DNA from: Comamonadaceae bacterium
GTDB taxonomy: Bacteria > Pseudomonadota > Gammaproteobacteria > Burkholderiales > Burkholderiaceae_C
Reading direction: 5' to 3'
Assembly: GCA_947464665.1 (NCBI GenBank)
Contig: CANHXV010000001.1
Span: 1-53,491, forward strand
DNA length: 53,491 nt
Shown here: piece by piece, positions 18,473-27,832 of the stretch
Layout: each line of letters opens with the position of its first letter
Position numbering within the stretch: position 1 is the first letter of the stretch
The notes under the pieces: generated by a model
What the model was told of the DNA's origin: nothing
Seen by the model: the letters and a program-made list of their open reading frames with translations, nothing else
Databases searched by the model: none
Made by a program: the position numbers and the translations under genes

Positions 18473-19173
18473 CAGTTGCCGCACTTGAGTTGGAGAACAT
18501 TGAGTTTTCTTGGGCTCCACAAACCAAGCCCTTGTTTGCCATTGCAGAGTTGACTTTGCAGCAAGGTGAAACTTTGTTCATTGGTGGCCCAAGCGGTTGC
18601 GGAAAAACAAGCTTGCTCAGCTTGATCACAGGCATTCAAGTACCGCAGCAGGGCACTTGTAGGGTCTTGGGAACGACAATGAACCAGCTGTCGCCTTCCG
18701 ATCGCGATCGGTTCAGAGGCGAGCATCTAGGCCTCATATTTCAGCAGTTCAATTTATTGCCATTTTTAACAGTTCAAGAAAACATTGAATTGCCTAGCAA
18801 GCTGTTTGACAGGCGGTTCAAGAAATCAAGGCAACTTTTTGGCTGTGTTCAGAAACATGTAGACAGCCTTTGTGACGCACTTCATTTGGAGCCAGCATTG
18901 CGTCAGCGGCCGGCCAATCTTTTGTCTGTTGGCGAGCAGCAACGAGTGGCAGCTGCCAGAGCACTTTTGGGTTGCCCCTCACTGATTGTGGCCGACGAGC
19001 CTACCTCTGCATTAGATGAAGACAACAAAATAGATTTTTTGAATCTGTTGTTGTCAACAGCCAGTGCCCAAAACACCAGTGTGATCACGGTCAGTCATGA
19101 CATGCGAATCGCTTCCCAATTTGACCGTGTATTTTTAATGCCAACCCAGGAGCCTCAACATGTTTTGGCTTAA
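18469..19173 (+). CDS. ABC transporter ATP-binding protein (ZrgB-like)
   Basis: GPSGCGKT, FQQFNLLPFL, LSVGEQQR and ADEPTSALD. Confidence 0.93.
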   Translation: MTVAALELENIEFSWAPQTKPLFAIAELTLQQGETLFIGGPSGCGKTSLLSLITGIQVPQQGTCRVLGTTMNQLSPSDRDRFRGEHLGLIFQQFNLLPFLTVQENIELPSKLFDRRFKKSRQLFGCVQKHVDSLCDALHLEPALRQRPANLLSVGEQQRVAAARALLGCPSLIVADEPTSALDEDNKIDFLNLLLSTASAQNTSVITVSHDMRIASQFDRVFLMPTQEPQHVLA

Positions 19174-20461
19174 TTTGGCTTGGAAGAGTGCTTGGTCTCG
19201 AAAGTACTCGCTCAGCTTAGTGGCGTTGTCTGTATGCCTATCGGTCATTATTTTGTTGGGTGTGCAGCAAATCCGCGCAGATGCCAAGCAGAGCTTTTCT
19301 AATGCATTAAGTGGCGTTGATTTAGTGGTGGGGCCTCGAGGAAGCCAGACCGACTTGCTTTTGTACAGTGTGTTTCAACTGGGTACGCCTACCCAAAATA
19401 TGTCTTACACAGATTTGCAACGAATCAATCAATTGCCAGCTGTCGCCTGGACCATACCCATACAGTTGGGTGACTCGTTTGATGGCTTTCCTGTCATGGG
19501 AACTTCCCTAGAGTTTTTCAAGCACTACCAATCTTCTGGTAAGGACTTGTCATTTCAAGTGGGTCAGGCCTTTGAGGATCCGCAGGCCAATCCTGGTTCT
19601 TTGATGCAAGTGGTCATTGGTTCTGAGGTGGCGAATTCTAAAAAATTAAAACTCAATGACACATTTGCATTGACGCATGGATACAAAGCGATTGAAGAGA
19701 CAGTTCATACGGACCATCCATTTAAATTGGTGGGCATCTTAAAACCTACAGGCACACCCTTGGACAGATCGGTATTGATAAGTTTAGAGGCCTTTGAAGC
19801 GCTTCACATTGGTTGGGGCATCGGTTTGAGGCCTTCAGCGTTTGATGCCAAACCAGATCTTCAAAAGGATCTGCCAAGTGTTGCTGAACTCAAACCTTCT
19901 GAGTTAACAGCGGTTTGGGTGGGACTGCATTCTCGTGCAACAGTTTTTTCAGCCCGCAAAGCCATTGAAAGCTTGAGACTCAACTCGACTTCGGTACCAC
20001 TTATGGCCGTCTTGCCTGGTGTGGCATTGGATGAGCTGTGGCAAATTGTTCGTGTCGTTGAAAACGCACTCATCGTGATGGGTGCATTGGTGGCTGTGTG
20101 TTCATTGTTAGGTGTTGTTTCGGTACTTTTAGTGGGCTTGTCAGCGCGTCGCAAAGAATTGGCCATCTACCGTTCATTGGGTGCTAGGCCGGCTTCAATT
20201 TTCATGACTGTTGTATGGGAAACTTTCTTAGTATGCGGTGTAGCCATTGCGGCAGGCGTGATGGGTGCACAATTTTTAATCTTTGTATTTCAAGACTATT
20301 TGCTGCAGGGTTTTGGCATCCAAACCCAGAATGGTTGGCCTGGTGTTGATGCTTGGTATAGCATTGGCTTATTGTTGTGCTGTGCGTTACTGGCCAGCAC
20401 CTTGCCTGCTTGGCGTGCCTATCGCATGTCCTTGTCGGACGGCCTAAATCCACCTAACTGA
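19160..20461 (+). CDS. MacB/FtsX-type ABC permease (ZrgC-like)
   Basis: DLVVGPRGSQTDLLLYSVF, PIQLGDS, GILKPTGTP.D and LPAWRAYRMSLSDGL. Confidence 0.88.
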   Translation: MFWLNLAWKSAWSRKYSLSLVALSVCLSVIILLGVQQIRADAKQSFSNALSGVDLVVGPRGSQTDLLLYSVFQLGTPTQNMSYTDLQRINQLPAVAWTIPIQLGDSFDGFPVMGTSLEFFKHYQSSGKDLSFQVGQAFEDPQANPGSLMQVVIGSEVANSKKLKLNDTFALTHGYKAIEETVHTDHPFKLVGILKPTGTPLDRSVLISLEAFEALHIGWGIGLRPSAFDAKPDLQKDLPSVAELKPSELTAVWVGLHSRATVFSARKAIESLRLNSTSVPLMAVLPGVALDELWQIVRVVENALIVMGALVAVCSLLGVVSVLLVGLSARRKELAIYRSLGARPASIFMTVVWETFLVCGVAIAAGVMGAQFLIFVFQDYLLQGFGIQTQNGWPGVDAWYSIGLLLCCALLASTLPAWRAYRMSLSDGLNPPN

Positions 20462-21069
20462 TGGCTACTTCTTGCAATATATCTGCCATGTTAAGCAATT
20501 TTTTAAAATTCAATGTCACCAAACTGTGCGTAGTTGTTTGTCATTTTCTTTTGTTCGTATCTGCTTTTGCACAAACCCCCGGTTATCAAAAAATCACATG
20601 GGACGATTTATTGAACGAGGAGTGGTATCAGCAGATGAAAAAAGAAATGGGCACTTATGGTCGCATGGCTTTTTTGAAGGATGGCTCGGAAGAGGCTGAA
20701 AAACTGATGGCCAGCATGCGCTCAAAGTTAGACGAAGCACCCATTTCAACCAAATACATCAATCAAAAAATTCGAATGCCAGGCTTTGTAGTGCCTCTGG
20801 ATGCTGTCCGAAACGGACAGCGAGAGTTTTTATTGGTGCCATATTTTGGCGCATGCATTCATACACCTCCTCCGCCAGCCAATCAAATCGTATTGGTCAC
20901 ACCGCATCCCAAACTCAACTTGTCAAAAACACTGGAGTCGATGGATGTGATTTGGGTGGAGGGCCTACTCAAGGAGGCCAGAACTAAAACGGCCTCGGGT
21001 GTTTCTGGCTACACTTTAGAGGCAGTTAAGATTTACCCATACACCGCCTTGCACAATACTAAAAAGTAG
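20461..21069 (+). CDS. DUF3299 protein (ZrgD-like)
   Basis: ITWDDL, PGFVVPLD and EFLLVPYFGACIHTPPPPANQIV. Confidence 0.88.
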   Translation: MATSCNISAMLSNFLKFNVTKLCVVVCHFLLFVSAFAQTPGYQKITWDDLLNEEWYQQMKKEMGTYGRMAFLKDGSEEAEKLMASMRSKLDEAPISTKYINQKIRMPGFVVPLDAVRNGQREFLLVPYFGACIHTPPPPANQIVLVTPHPKLNLSKTLESMDVIWVEGLLKEARTKTASGVSGYTLEAVKIYPYTALHNTKK

Positions 21070-21308
21070 AAACGTTAGTTAAACAAGGTCCGTGAATTTT
21101 TTGAAACTTCCGCATTGACTGCCATACCACTGCAGATTGCTTGTAACCTGTTGATCCATCGAATTTCCATTTATTCAAGCGGGTCATCGTGTCGATGCTT
21201 GAAGCACTGAACATCCTTGTGTGAGTAATTCTCATGTGACCATGTTGATGTCTAGGGTTTTTACTAGGAAGAAAATCATAGATATTTTTACTGAGGTGTG
21301 TATAGTTA

Positions 21309-21323
21309 TTCAAGTTACTTGAA
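21309..21323. promoter_or_regulatory. Candidate operator palindrome upstream of the large catabolic cluster
   Basis: Perfect TTCAAGT-T-ACTTGAA about 45 bp upstream of ATG 21367. Confidence 0.55.
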
Positions 21324-21366
21324 AATAGTGAATGTTTCTGGAATCAAAATTGATGGAGCTTTCTGC

Positions 21367-22593
21367 ATGTCTGAAGACAACCTAATTGAGAAAATCACCG
21401 AAAACCGCCTGCCTCACTACGAGCCCTATGGCTGGCACCATTGGCCAGAGCACCCTTGGCTGGCGTATCAGTTTCGGCGCGGTTTAGGCGAAACCCAAGA
21501 GGGGGGTGGCTCGGTCAGTGAAGTATTCCAAGCAGCCAGTCGTATGATTCCAGGTGATCTGGAAAGTTGGCACAAGGAGTGGATGCACATTGGTGATCGC
21601 AATTGGAATCGTGGTTGCGAAGAAGAGCGTTTGGGTCACATCAAGACGGCCATGAATTGCTACTTACGGGCTGCAGACTACTACCGTCAGGCTGAGTTTT
21701 TCCTAAAGCCTGATGACCCGAGACGCTTGCCAACATTCGAAAAGATGGAGGCGTGCAGTAAAAAATTCATTTCGCATTTGAATCCTGCCGGTGAGGCTGT
21801 TGAGATTCCTTACGAAAACGGCGTCACTATTTGCGGCTACTTCGTGCGTGCGCCTTTCCCAGATAAGCGTCAACCCGTATTAATTTGCATGGGCGGTCTT
21901 GATTCAATCAAGGACGAAATGTGGTTCATGCAAGCCCATGGCGCTGTCCAGCGCGGCATCTCGGTATTGATGATTGACGGCCCTGGACAGGGCGGTACTT
22001 TGCGTCGCCACAATGTGGTCAACAGGGTTGACACCGAAGTGCCGATTGGTCGGTGCATTGACTGGCTCGAGAAACGTGATGACGTAGATCCCAAGCGCAT
22101 CGCTGTTGCAGGCTCCAGCCTCGGCGGTTATTACGCTGCACGTGCAGGTTGTTACGAGCCGCGCCTTGCAGCTTGCATTGCGCATGGGGCTATTTGGGCC
22201 ATTACCGACCTCTGGGGTAATGCATCGGAAGACCACGGCCTGGCTGAACACATCAAGTGGGTTTTTGGCAAGCCAACCATGAAAGCCTCCATGGAAAAGG
22301 CGAGGGAGTTTACGCTGGATGGGCATCTTGATCATATGAAATGCCCGTTCCTGGTCATGCACGGTGGGCACGATGTGCTGACCGTCTCGCAAGCCAAGAA
22401 AGTCTATGACTACGGCAAGTCCAAGGGGGTGAATGTGACCCTGCGCTTGTTGTCTGAAGAGGAAACAGGTGCGGAGCATTGCCAGCATGACAACCCGACC
22501 ATTGGTCAGGAAATCCTGGCCGATTGGCTGGCCGACTGTTTTGGCATCGATCAGAAGAAAATGTTGAGTACTTCCCACAACCCTATGATCTGA
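21367..22593 (+). CDS. Alpha/beta hydrolase, 2,6-dihydroxypseudooxynicotine hydrolase/FrsA-like
   Basis: LRAADYYR.AEF, GGLDS, DGPGQG, nucleophile elbow GSSLGG, HGGHD and EHCQ. ATG 21367 follows a GGAG RBS. Confidence 0.85.
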   Translation: MSEDNLIEKITENRLPHYEPYGWHHWPEHPWLAYQFRRGLGETQEGGGSVSEVFQAASRMIPGDLESWHKEWMHIGDRNWNRGCEEERLGHIKTAMNCYLRAADYYRQAEFFLKPDDPRRLPTFEKMEACSKKFISHLNPAGEAVEIPYENGVTICGYFVRAPFPDKRQPVLICMGGLDSIKDEMWFMQAHGAVQRGISVLMIDGPGQGGTLRRHNVVNRVDTEVPIGRCIDWLEKRDDVDPKRIAVAGSSLGGYYAARAGCYEPRLAACIAHGAIWAITDLWGNASEDHGLAEHIKWVFGKPTMKASMEKAREFTLDGHLDHMKCPFLVMHGGHDVLTVSQAKKVYDYGKSKGVNVTLRLLSEEETGAEHCQHDNPTIGQEILADWLADCFGIDQKKMLSTSHNPMI

Positions 22594-22600
22594 GGCCGTC

Positions 22601-23245
22601 ATGAACTTCGGTGTAGACAAAGTTAAAGCGGCTGTCATTGCGATCGATTTGCATCGGGGTCATATGGACCTTTCTGTGGCCACCATGCCTGTCAAGACTC
22701 AAGCCCAAGCCGATCGAGTGCTGGGTAATGCTGCCAAATTGTTTGCTTGGTGCCGCGAGCAGGATTGGCCGATCATTCACTTGGTAACGACTTACCGAGA
22801 TGTTCCTGAAATTCGGTCCAATCCGTTTTGGAGAACGCGTGCAGATGATCCTCATGCCACGCGAAAAAATGTTGAGCGCCACAATTTGCAGGGATCGCCA
22901 GGCTGCACGGTGATGTCGCAAGTGATCGACCCGAAAAAAGACTGGATCGTCAACACAAAAAAACGCTACGATTGCTTTGTGGGAACCGATTTAGATTTCA
23001 CTTTGAAAGCCCACGGCATCAACACACTTATCATTACAGGTGTCAATACCAACAGTTGTGTGCTCTCAACAGTCGCTGCGGCTTGTTCTAAGGATTATGC
23101 TGTGATCGTCCCCAGTGACTGTGTCGATACCATGGACGATCCTTCTTTGCACGATGCGGCATTGTTGTGTATTCGCACAGCACTTGGTTTTGTCATGACC
23201 AGTTCGGAAATGATGTCTGTCAATGAGTTGAAAAAATCTCCATGA
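22601..23245 (+). CDS. Isochorismatase-family cysteine hydrolase
   Basis: Asp-Lys-Cys triad in IDLH, KKRYDCF and GVNTNSCV. Confidence 0.92.
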   Translation: MNFGVDKVKAAVIAIDLHRGHMDLSVATMPVKTQAQADRVLGNAAKLFAWCREQDWPIIHLVTTYRDVPEIRSNPFWRTRADDPHATRKNVERHNLQGSPGCTVMSQVIDPKKDWIVNTKKRYDCFVGTDLDFTLKAHGINTLIITGVNTNSCVLSTVAAACSKDYAVIVPSDCVDTMDDPSLHDAALLCIRTALGFVMTSSEMMSVNELKKSP

Positions 23246-23931
23246 ACTTTCGTTCACAGGCCAAGAACAAAATTCAGGCGAATGAGCCTGTATTAGCCAT
23301 CAACACTTTTGCTGGTGGTTTTGATGTGGCCGATTTGGTTTCCAAACTTGGCATTGATATCTTGTTCATCGATTGCGAGCGTGCGGGGATTGGCATTGAC
23401 ATGGTTGGACCTATGGCGCGGGCTGCACAACGCCATGGCGCTGCGGCGGTTGTTCGCAGCAAGACTCGTTATGTAGAGGATTGGGTGAGCTATCTTGATC
23501 GGGGTATTGATGGCTTGGTCATTCCTCGAGTGGAGACTGCGCAAGAAGCACAATTGATTTTGGAGACTGTCAGCTACGCATGCGGCAGTAAGGCGAAGGA
23601 CATGATCATCATTCCCCAGATCGAATCCGAGGCGGGGCTTAAAAACATAGATCAAATTCTGGCTGTTAAAGGATTTGACCTGTTCCTCATTGGACCTTAT
23701 GACCTGTCACACAGCATGGGTTTTGGCGGTGACATCACAATCACAGAAGTTCAGCAAGCGCTAGACCACATCGCTTTGAAAATCAAGGAACATGGGGAGC
23801 GTTTTGGTCTGCCAGTCACCCTGGCAAACGCCAAGGCTTGGCAAAAAAAAGGTGCTATTTTTAACTTTCACAGTTTGGAAGCACTCATCAAGCCAAGTCT
23901 TGAGGCATTGAAAAAGGAAATAGCGTGCTGA
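23242..23931 (+). CDS. HpcH/HpaI aldolase-like protein (atypical)
   Basis: FIDCER, VVR, PRVET, PQIES and IGPYDLS. Has Arg at the DxEH His position and lacks the PP.G.RG loop. Confidence 0.82.
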   Translation: MNFRSQAKNKIQANEPVLAINTFAGGFDVADLVSKLGIDILFIDCERAGIGIDMVGPMARAAQRHGAAAVVRSKTRYVEDWVSYLDRGIDGLVIPRVETAQEAQLILETVSYACGSKAKDMIIIPQIESEAGLKNIDQILAVKGFDLFLIGPYDLSHSMGFGGDITITEVQQALDHIALKIKEHGERFGLPVTLANAKAWQKKGAIFNFHSLEALIKPSLEALKKEIAC

Positions 23932-24395
23932 ATGTCAAAGAACATAAACTGATCAAGGTGGCCTTGGAAGGTTATGCCCCCACAGCAAGCCTCACTGAGG
24001 TGCGAGTCCGCGGCCATTCCTTTGTGATTGATGAGCCACCCTACCGCCACGGTACTGATGTGGGGCCAACGCCTTTGGAAACTTTGCTAGGCGCCTTGAT
24101 TGGTTGCACCAACGTGATTGCGCGTCGCATAGCAATTGAGATGAAGATCGATTTGAAGATTGACAAAATTGATGTGCTGGGCCATCTGGATCACCGGGGC
24201 ATAGACAGAGTGGCGGATGTACCCGTTCCGTTTCCCACCATTGAATTGAAGGTAAAGGCCACCACATTCGGGACCGAGCAGGAAATGCGCCTATTGCGTG
24301 AAGACCTGAACAAGCGATGCCCTATGTCTGTGATCTTGAAACAGGCGGGCAGTCAAATCGTTGAGAGTTGGGAAATTAACTACGTCAAGAAATGA
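23925..24395 (+). CDS. OsmC/Ohr family protein
   Basis: IDEPP..HGTDVGPTPLETLLGALIGC and RCP, giving two conserved Cys. Confidence 0.88.
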   Translation: MLNVKEHKLIKVALEGYAPTASLTEVRVRGHSFVIDEPPYRHGTDVGPTPLETLLGALIGCTNVIARRIAIEMKIDLKIDKIDVLGHLDHRGIDRVADVPVPFPTIELKVKATTFGTEQEMRLLREDLNKRCPMSVILKQAGSQIVESWEINYVKK

Positions 24396-24407
24396 AGGAG
24401 TGACGAC

Positions 24408-25292
24408 ATGACCATGATTCCTAGGGAGCGTGCGCCTTACAGTGCTATCGTCGATCGTCCAAAAATGAAATTACCCGACAACGGGAAGATCATTGTTTGG
24501 ACCATTGTTAACTTGGAGGTTTGGGACATTAGCAAACCCATGGCTCGCCAAGTCATTCCCGCCCCTACCGGAGCGGTTCTCTTGCCCGATGTGCCCAACT
24601 GGAGTTGGCACGAATACGGCATGCGCGTCGGATTCTGGCGCTTTCACGACCTTTACCAAAAGTTGGGCATAAAGCCAACGCTGTCCATCAATGCCCGCGT
24701 TTGCGAAGACTACCCCCGAGTTGCGCAAGCCTGCCTTGATGCCGGTTGGGAATTCATGGGCCACAGTTACCAACAAGGACCTATTCATCTTGAGCCTGAT
24801 CAGCCAGCAATGATCAAGCGGTCTCTGGACGTGATTGAAAAATTCACTGGTAAACGGCCAGTTGGGTGGCTTGGCCCCGGCCTGACCCAAACCAATGAAA
24901 CCCCGGACCATCTGGCTGCGGCGGGCATCAAATACATTGGCGACTGGGTTTACGACGAAGAGCCGACAGAGATCCAAACCGAAAATGGCCCGCTCATTAC
25001 CATTCCTTATACCGTTGAAAACAATGATATTCCGATGATGGCTGTTCAGCACCATGAGGCTTCTTACTGGACGCAAAAGTGCATCGATACTTTTGATCGC
25101 CTATACGAGGAAGGCTCAGATCGCCCTCGCGTGATGGCGATTGCCATCCACCCTTACATTTCCGGGCAGCCTTTCCGCATCAAATACCTCGAAGAGGTCT
25201 ATCAGCACATGGCCAAACACACGGGTGTCATGCATTGGAATGGTGAGCAAATTCTCGACTGGTATCAAACCGCCAGAAAGACAGCCAAGTGA
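24408..25292 (+). CDS. Polysaccharide deacetylase (CE4)/PuuE-like amidohydrolase 1
   Basis: VNLEVW, NWSWHEYGMRVGFWR, WEFMGHSY, GWLGPGL and IHPYISGQPFR. Confidence 0.9.
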   Translation: MTMIPRERAPYSAIVDRPKMKLPDNGKIIVWTIVNLEVWDISKPMARQVIPAPTGAVLLPDVPNWSWHEYGMRVGFWRFHDLYQKLGIKPTLSINARVCEDYPRVAQACLDAGWEFMGHSYQQGPIHLEPDQPAMIKRSLDVIEKFTGKRPVGWLGPGLTQTNETPDHLAAAGIKYIGDWVYDEEPTEIQTENGPLITIPYTVENNDIPMMAVQHHEASYWTQKCIDTFDRLYEEGSDRPRVMAIAIHPYISGQPFRIKYLEEVYQHMAKHTGVMHWNGEQILDWYQTARKTAK

Positions 25293-25987
25293 TGAACTTC
25301 GCAGTTCAAGTGCCAGAAGTCGTTGCAGTTCCGGTTGCAGGGACTGGCACATTTTTTCCAGTCAGAAGAATATATTGTGTGGGGCGTAATTATCTGGAGC
25401 ATATTCGCGAAATGAAGGAGGCGGATGAGCGTGATCCGCCGTTCTTCTTTCAGAAGCCGCGTGACGCACTTGTTCTCAACGGTCAGTTGGTTCCCTATCC
25501 ACCCCAAACGAATGACTTCCAGTTTGAAGTCGAGTTGGTCGTAGCCATTGGTAAGTCTGGTAGAGCTATCAGTAAAGAAAAGGCGCTGGATCATATTTTT
25601 GGGTACGCGGTGGGCTTTGATATGACACGACGTGATCGCCAACGTGAATCTGGAAAAAATGGTTTGCCATGGGAAATTGGCAAAAGTTTCGATGCTTGTG
25701 CACCTTGTGGAAACTTGCGCACGGTTGCCGATGTTGGGCACATCGACCATGGGCGAATTGCAGTGTCGGTCAATGGACAAGTTAAACAGGATTCACTGAT
25801 TGAAAAAATGATCTGGAATGTGCCCGAGATTGTGAGTAACCTGTCTCATTTGTATGATTTGGTGGAGGGCGATCTAATCTACTCTGGAACACCGGCAGGT
25901 GTTGCGCCCGTTCTAACCGGCGACATTCTCCGAGGTACGGTTGATGGATTAATCGATCTGGAAATCACTATTGGTACAAGGACCTGA
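25289..25987 (+). CDS. Fumarylacetoacetate hydrolase family (acylpyruvate/fumarylpyruvate hydrolase-like)
   Basis: RRIYCVGRNY..H, PFFFQKP, EVELVV, DMTRRD, WEIGKSFD and SGTPAGV. Confidence 0.93.
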   Translation: MMNFAVQVPEVVAVPVAGTGTFFPVRRIYCVGRNYLEHIREMKEADERDPPFFFQKPRDALVLNGQLVPYPPQTNDFQFEVELVVAIGKSGRAISKEKALDHIFGYAVGFDMTRRDRQRESGKNGLPWEIGKSFDACAPCGNLRTVADVGHIDHGRIAVSVNGQVKQDSLIEKMIWNVPEIVSNLSHLYDLVEGDLIYSGTPAGVAPVLTGDILRGTVDGLIDLEITIGTRT

Positions 25988-25991
25988 TCAC

Positions 25992-26858
25992 ATGAAGCCT
26001 CTGGAAAGAATCAAGTACTCTCCGATCAATGCTCGAAAGCCGTTAAAGCTGCCAGGTGGAGCACGCATGGTGGTCTGGAATATCGTGAACATTGAAGAGT
26101 GGGACATCGATCAAACGATGCCTAGAACGGTACTGACACCCCCGGCAGGTGGCTCTCCAATGCCGGATATTCCCAACTGGGCGTGGCATGAATACGGTAA
26201 CAGGGTTGGTTTCTGGCGGATGTTAAAGGTACTGGATGAACTCGACATCAAGGCAGTGCTTGCTATCAATGGTTCCGCCATCAAAGCCTATGAACCTATT
26301 TCTCAGGCCGCGCTAGACAGGGCATGGGAATTCATGGGCCATGGGTATACCCAGAGAAATATGCAGAAGGTTGAAAACGAGCAGGAAGACATTGCCAAAA
26401 CAACCGAGGCGATCAGGGCATTCACTGGAAAACGTCCGCGCGGTTGGTTGGGTCCTGGCTTGACTGAAACCTGGCATACGCCGGATTTGTTATCTGAGAA
26501 TGGATATGAGTACGTCTGTGATTGGGTACTCGATGACCAGCCTGTTGTCTTGAAAACGCGCCATCAACCTATTGTCAATGTGCCGTACACGCAAGAGTGC
26601 AACGACGTGGCGATGATGCTGATTCAGCACCATACTGCCTCTGAATACTACAGACGTGGCATCGATCAATTTGAGCAAATTTACGAAGACTCAGTCGATT
26701 CTGCCCGCGTGATGGCCTTGGTGGTTCATCCTTACATCATGGGTGCGCCGCACAGGCTCAAATACTACAAGCAATTGTTGACGGAAATTCGTCAGCGCAA
26801 AGATGTTTTGTTCTGGACGGGCGAGCAGATTCTTGACTGGTATGGGTCGCAGGTTTAG
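25992..26858 (+). CDS. Polysaccharide deacetylase (CE4)/PuuE-like amidohydrolase 2
   Basis: VNIEEW, NWAWHEYGNRVGFWR, WEFMGHGY, GWLGPGL and VHPYIMGAPHR. Paralog of 24408..25292. Confidence 0.9.
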   Translation: MKPLERIKYSPINARKPLKLPGGARMVVWNIVNIEEWDIDQTMPRTVLTPPAGGSPMPDIPNWAWHEYGNRVGFWRMLKVLDELDIKAVLAINGSAIKAYEPISQAALDRAWEFMGHGYTQRNMQKVENEQEDIAKTTEAIRAFTGKRPRGWLGPGLTETWHTPDLLSENGYEYVCDWVLDDQPVVLKTRHQPIVNVPYTQECNDVAMMLIQHHTASEYYRRGIDQFEQIYEDSVDSARVMALVVHPYIMGAPHRLKYYKQLLTEIRQRKDVLFWTGEQILDWYGSQV

Positions 26859-26974
26859 CAGTATGAATACGGTCAATCAAAAGAGAATTTTTGTGCTTTG
26901 CGTAAACGCTAATTGCTGAGGTTCAGTGGTGGTTTTAAAGTGACGAAAGTCTTAATTTAAAGGATGAATCTGCT

Positions 26975-27832
26975 GTGTCAATGACGATATTTCAACTCCT
27001 CAATGGGGCAACCTTTGCAGCTTTGCTGTTCGTTGTCGCCAGTGGGTTCACACTGATTTTTGGACTCATGCGAATTGTGAATTTGGCGCATGGTGCCCTT
27101 TATCTTTTTGGCGGCTATTTAGGCTTGACCGTAGCCAACTTCACGGGCAATTTCTTTTTGGGGGCAATTGGTGCTGCAATCGGTATTGCACTGACAGGCT
27201 TCATCATTGACTTTGGTCTGCTGAGGTTTGTGCGCGGAGTTGAACTCAGACAGGTGCTACTGACACTGGGTGTAGCCTTTGTGCTCAACGATCTGTCTTT
27301 GGTTTTGTGGGGTGGTGATACCTTCAGCATTCAGGTGCCCGCCTTCCTTGATGGCCCTGCAGAATTTGGAAACATGACCTATCCCATTTACCGATTGTTT
27401 GTACTCTTAGTCGGCGTCGTGATTTTCATCTCACTCAGTCTCTTGATCACCAAAACTCGACTCGGTGCCTTGATCCGAGCAGGCGTGGACGATGCAGAAA
27501 CCGTCTCTGCCATGGGTGTGGACATTCGACGGGTGTTCATCTACACCTTCATGCTGGGTTCTGCCCTTGCCGGATTGGGCGGTGTGATGGGAGGTGCATT
27601 TTTGACGCTGTATCCTACGGCCGACTCCGAAATTCTGGTCTATAGCCTGGCGGTTGTGATCATTGGCGGACGTGGCAGCTTGATTGGCGCTGCGGTTGGA
27701 AGTTTGTTGGTGGGCATGCTGTCTACCTTCGGACAAGTCTGGTTTCCAGAATTGGCTTATTTCGTCATTTTTGGCCCCATGGCCATTCTTTTGGCATTCA
27801 GGCCCTTGGGTCTTTTTGGAAAGGTGGCCTAA
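26975..27832 (+). CDS. HAAT (LivH-like) ABC permease
   Basis: GFTLIFGLMRIVNLAHG, TRLGALIRA and IIGGRGSLIGA. Confidence 0.94.
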   Translation: MSMTIFQLLNGATFAALLFVVASGFTLIFGLMRIVNLAHGALYLFGGYLGLTVANFTGNFFLGAIGAAIGIALTGFIIDFGLLRFVRGVELRQVLLTLGVAFVLNDLSLVLWGGDTFSIQVPAFLDGPAEFGNMTYPIYRLFVLLVGVVIFISLSLLITKTRLGALIRAGVDDAETVSAMGVDIRRVFIYTFMLGSALAGLGGVMGGAFLTLYPTADSEILVYSLAVVIIGGRGSLIGAAVGSLLVGMLSTFGQVWFPELAYFVIFGPMAILLAFRPLGLFGKVA

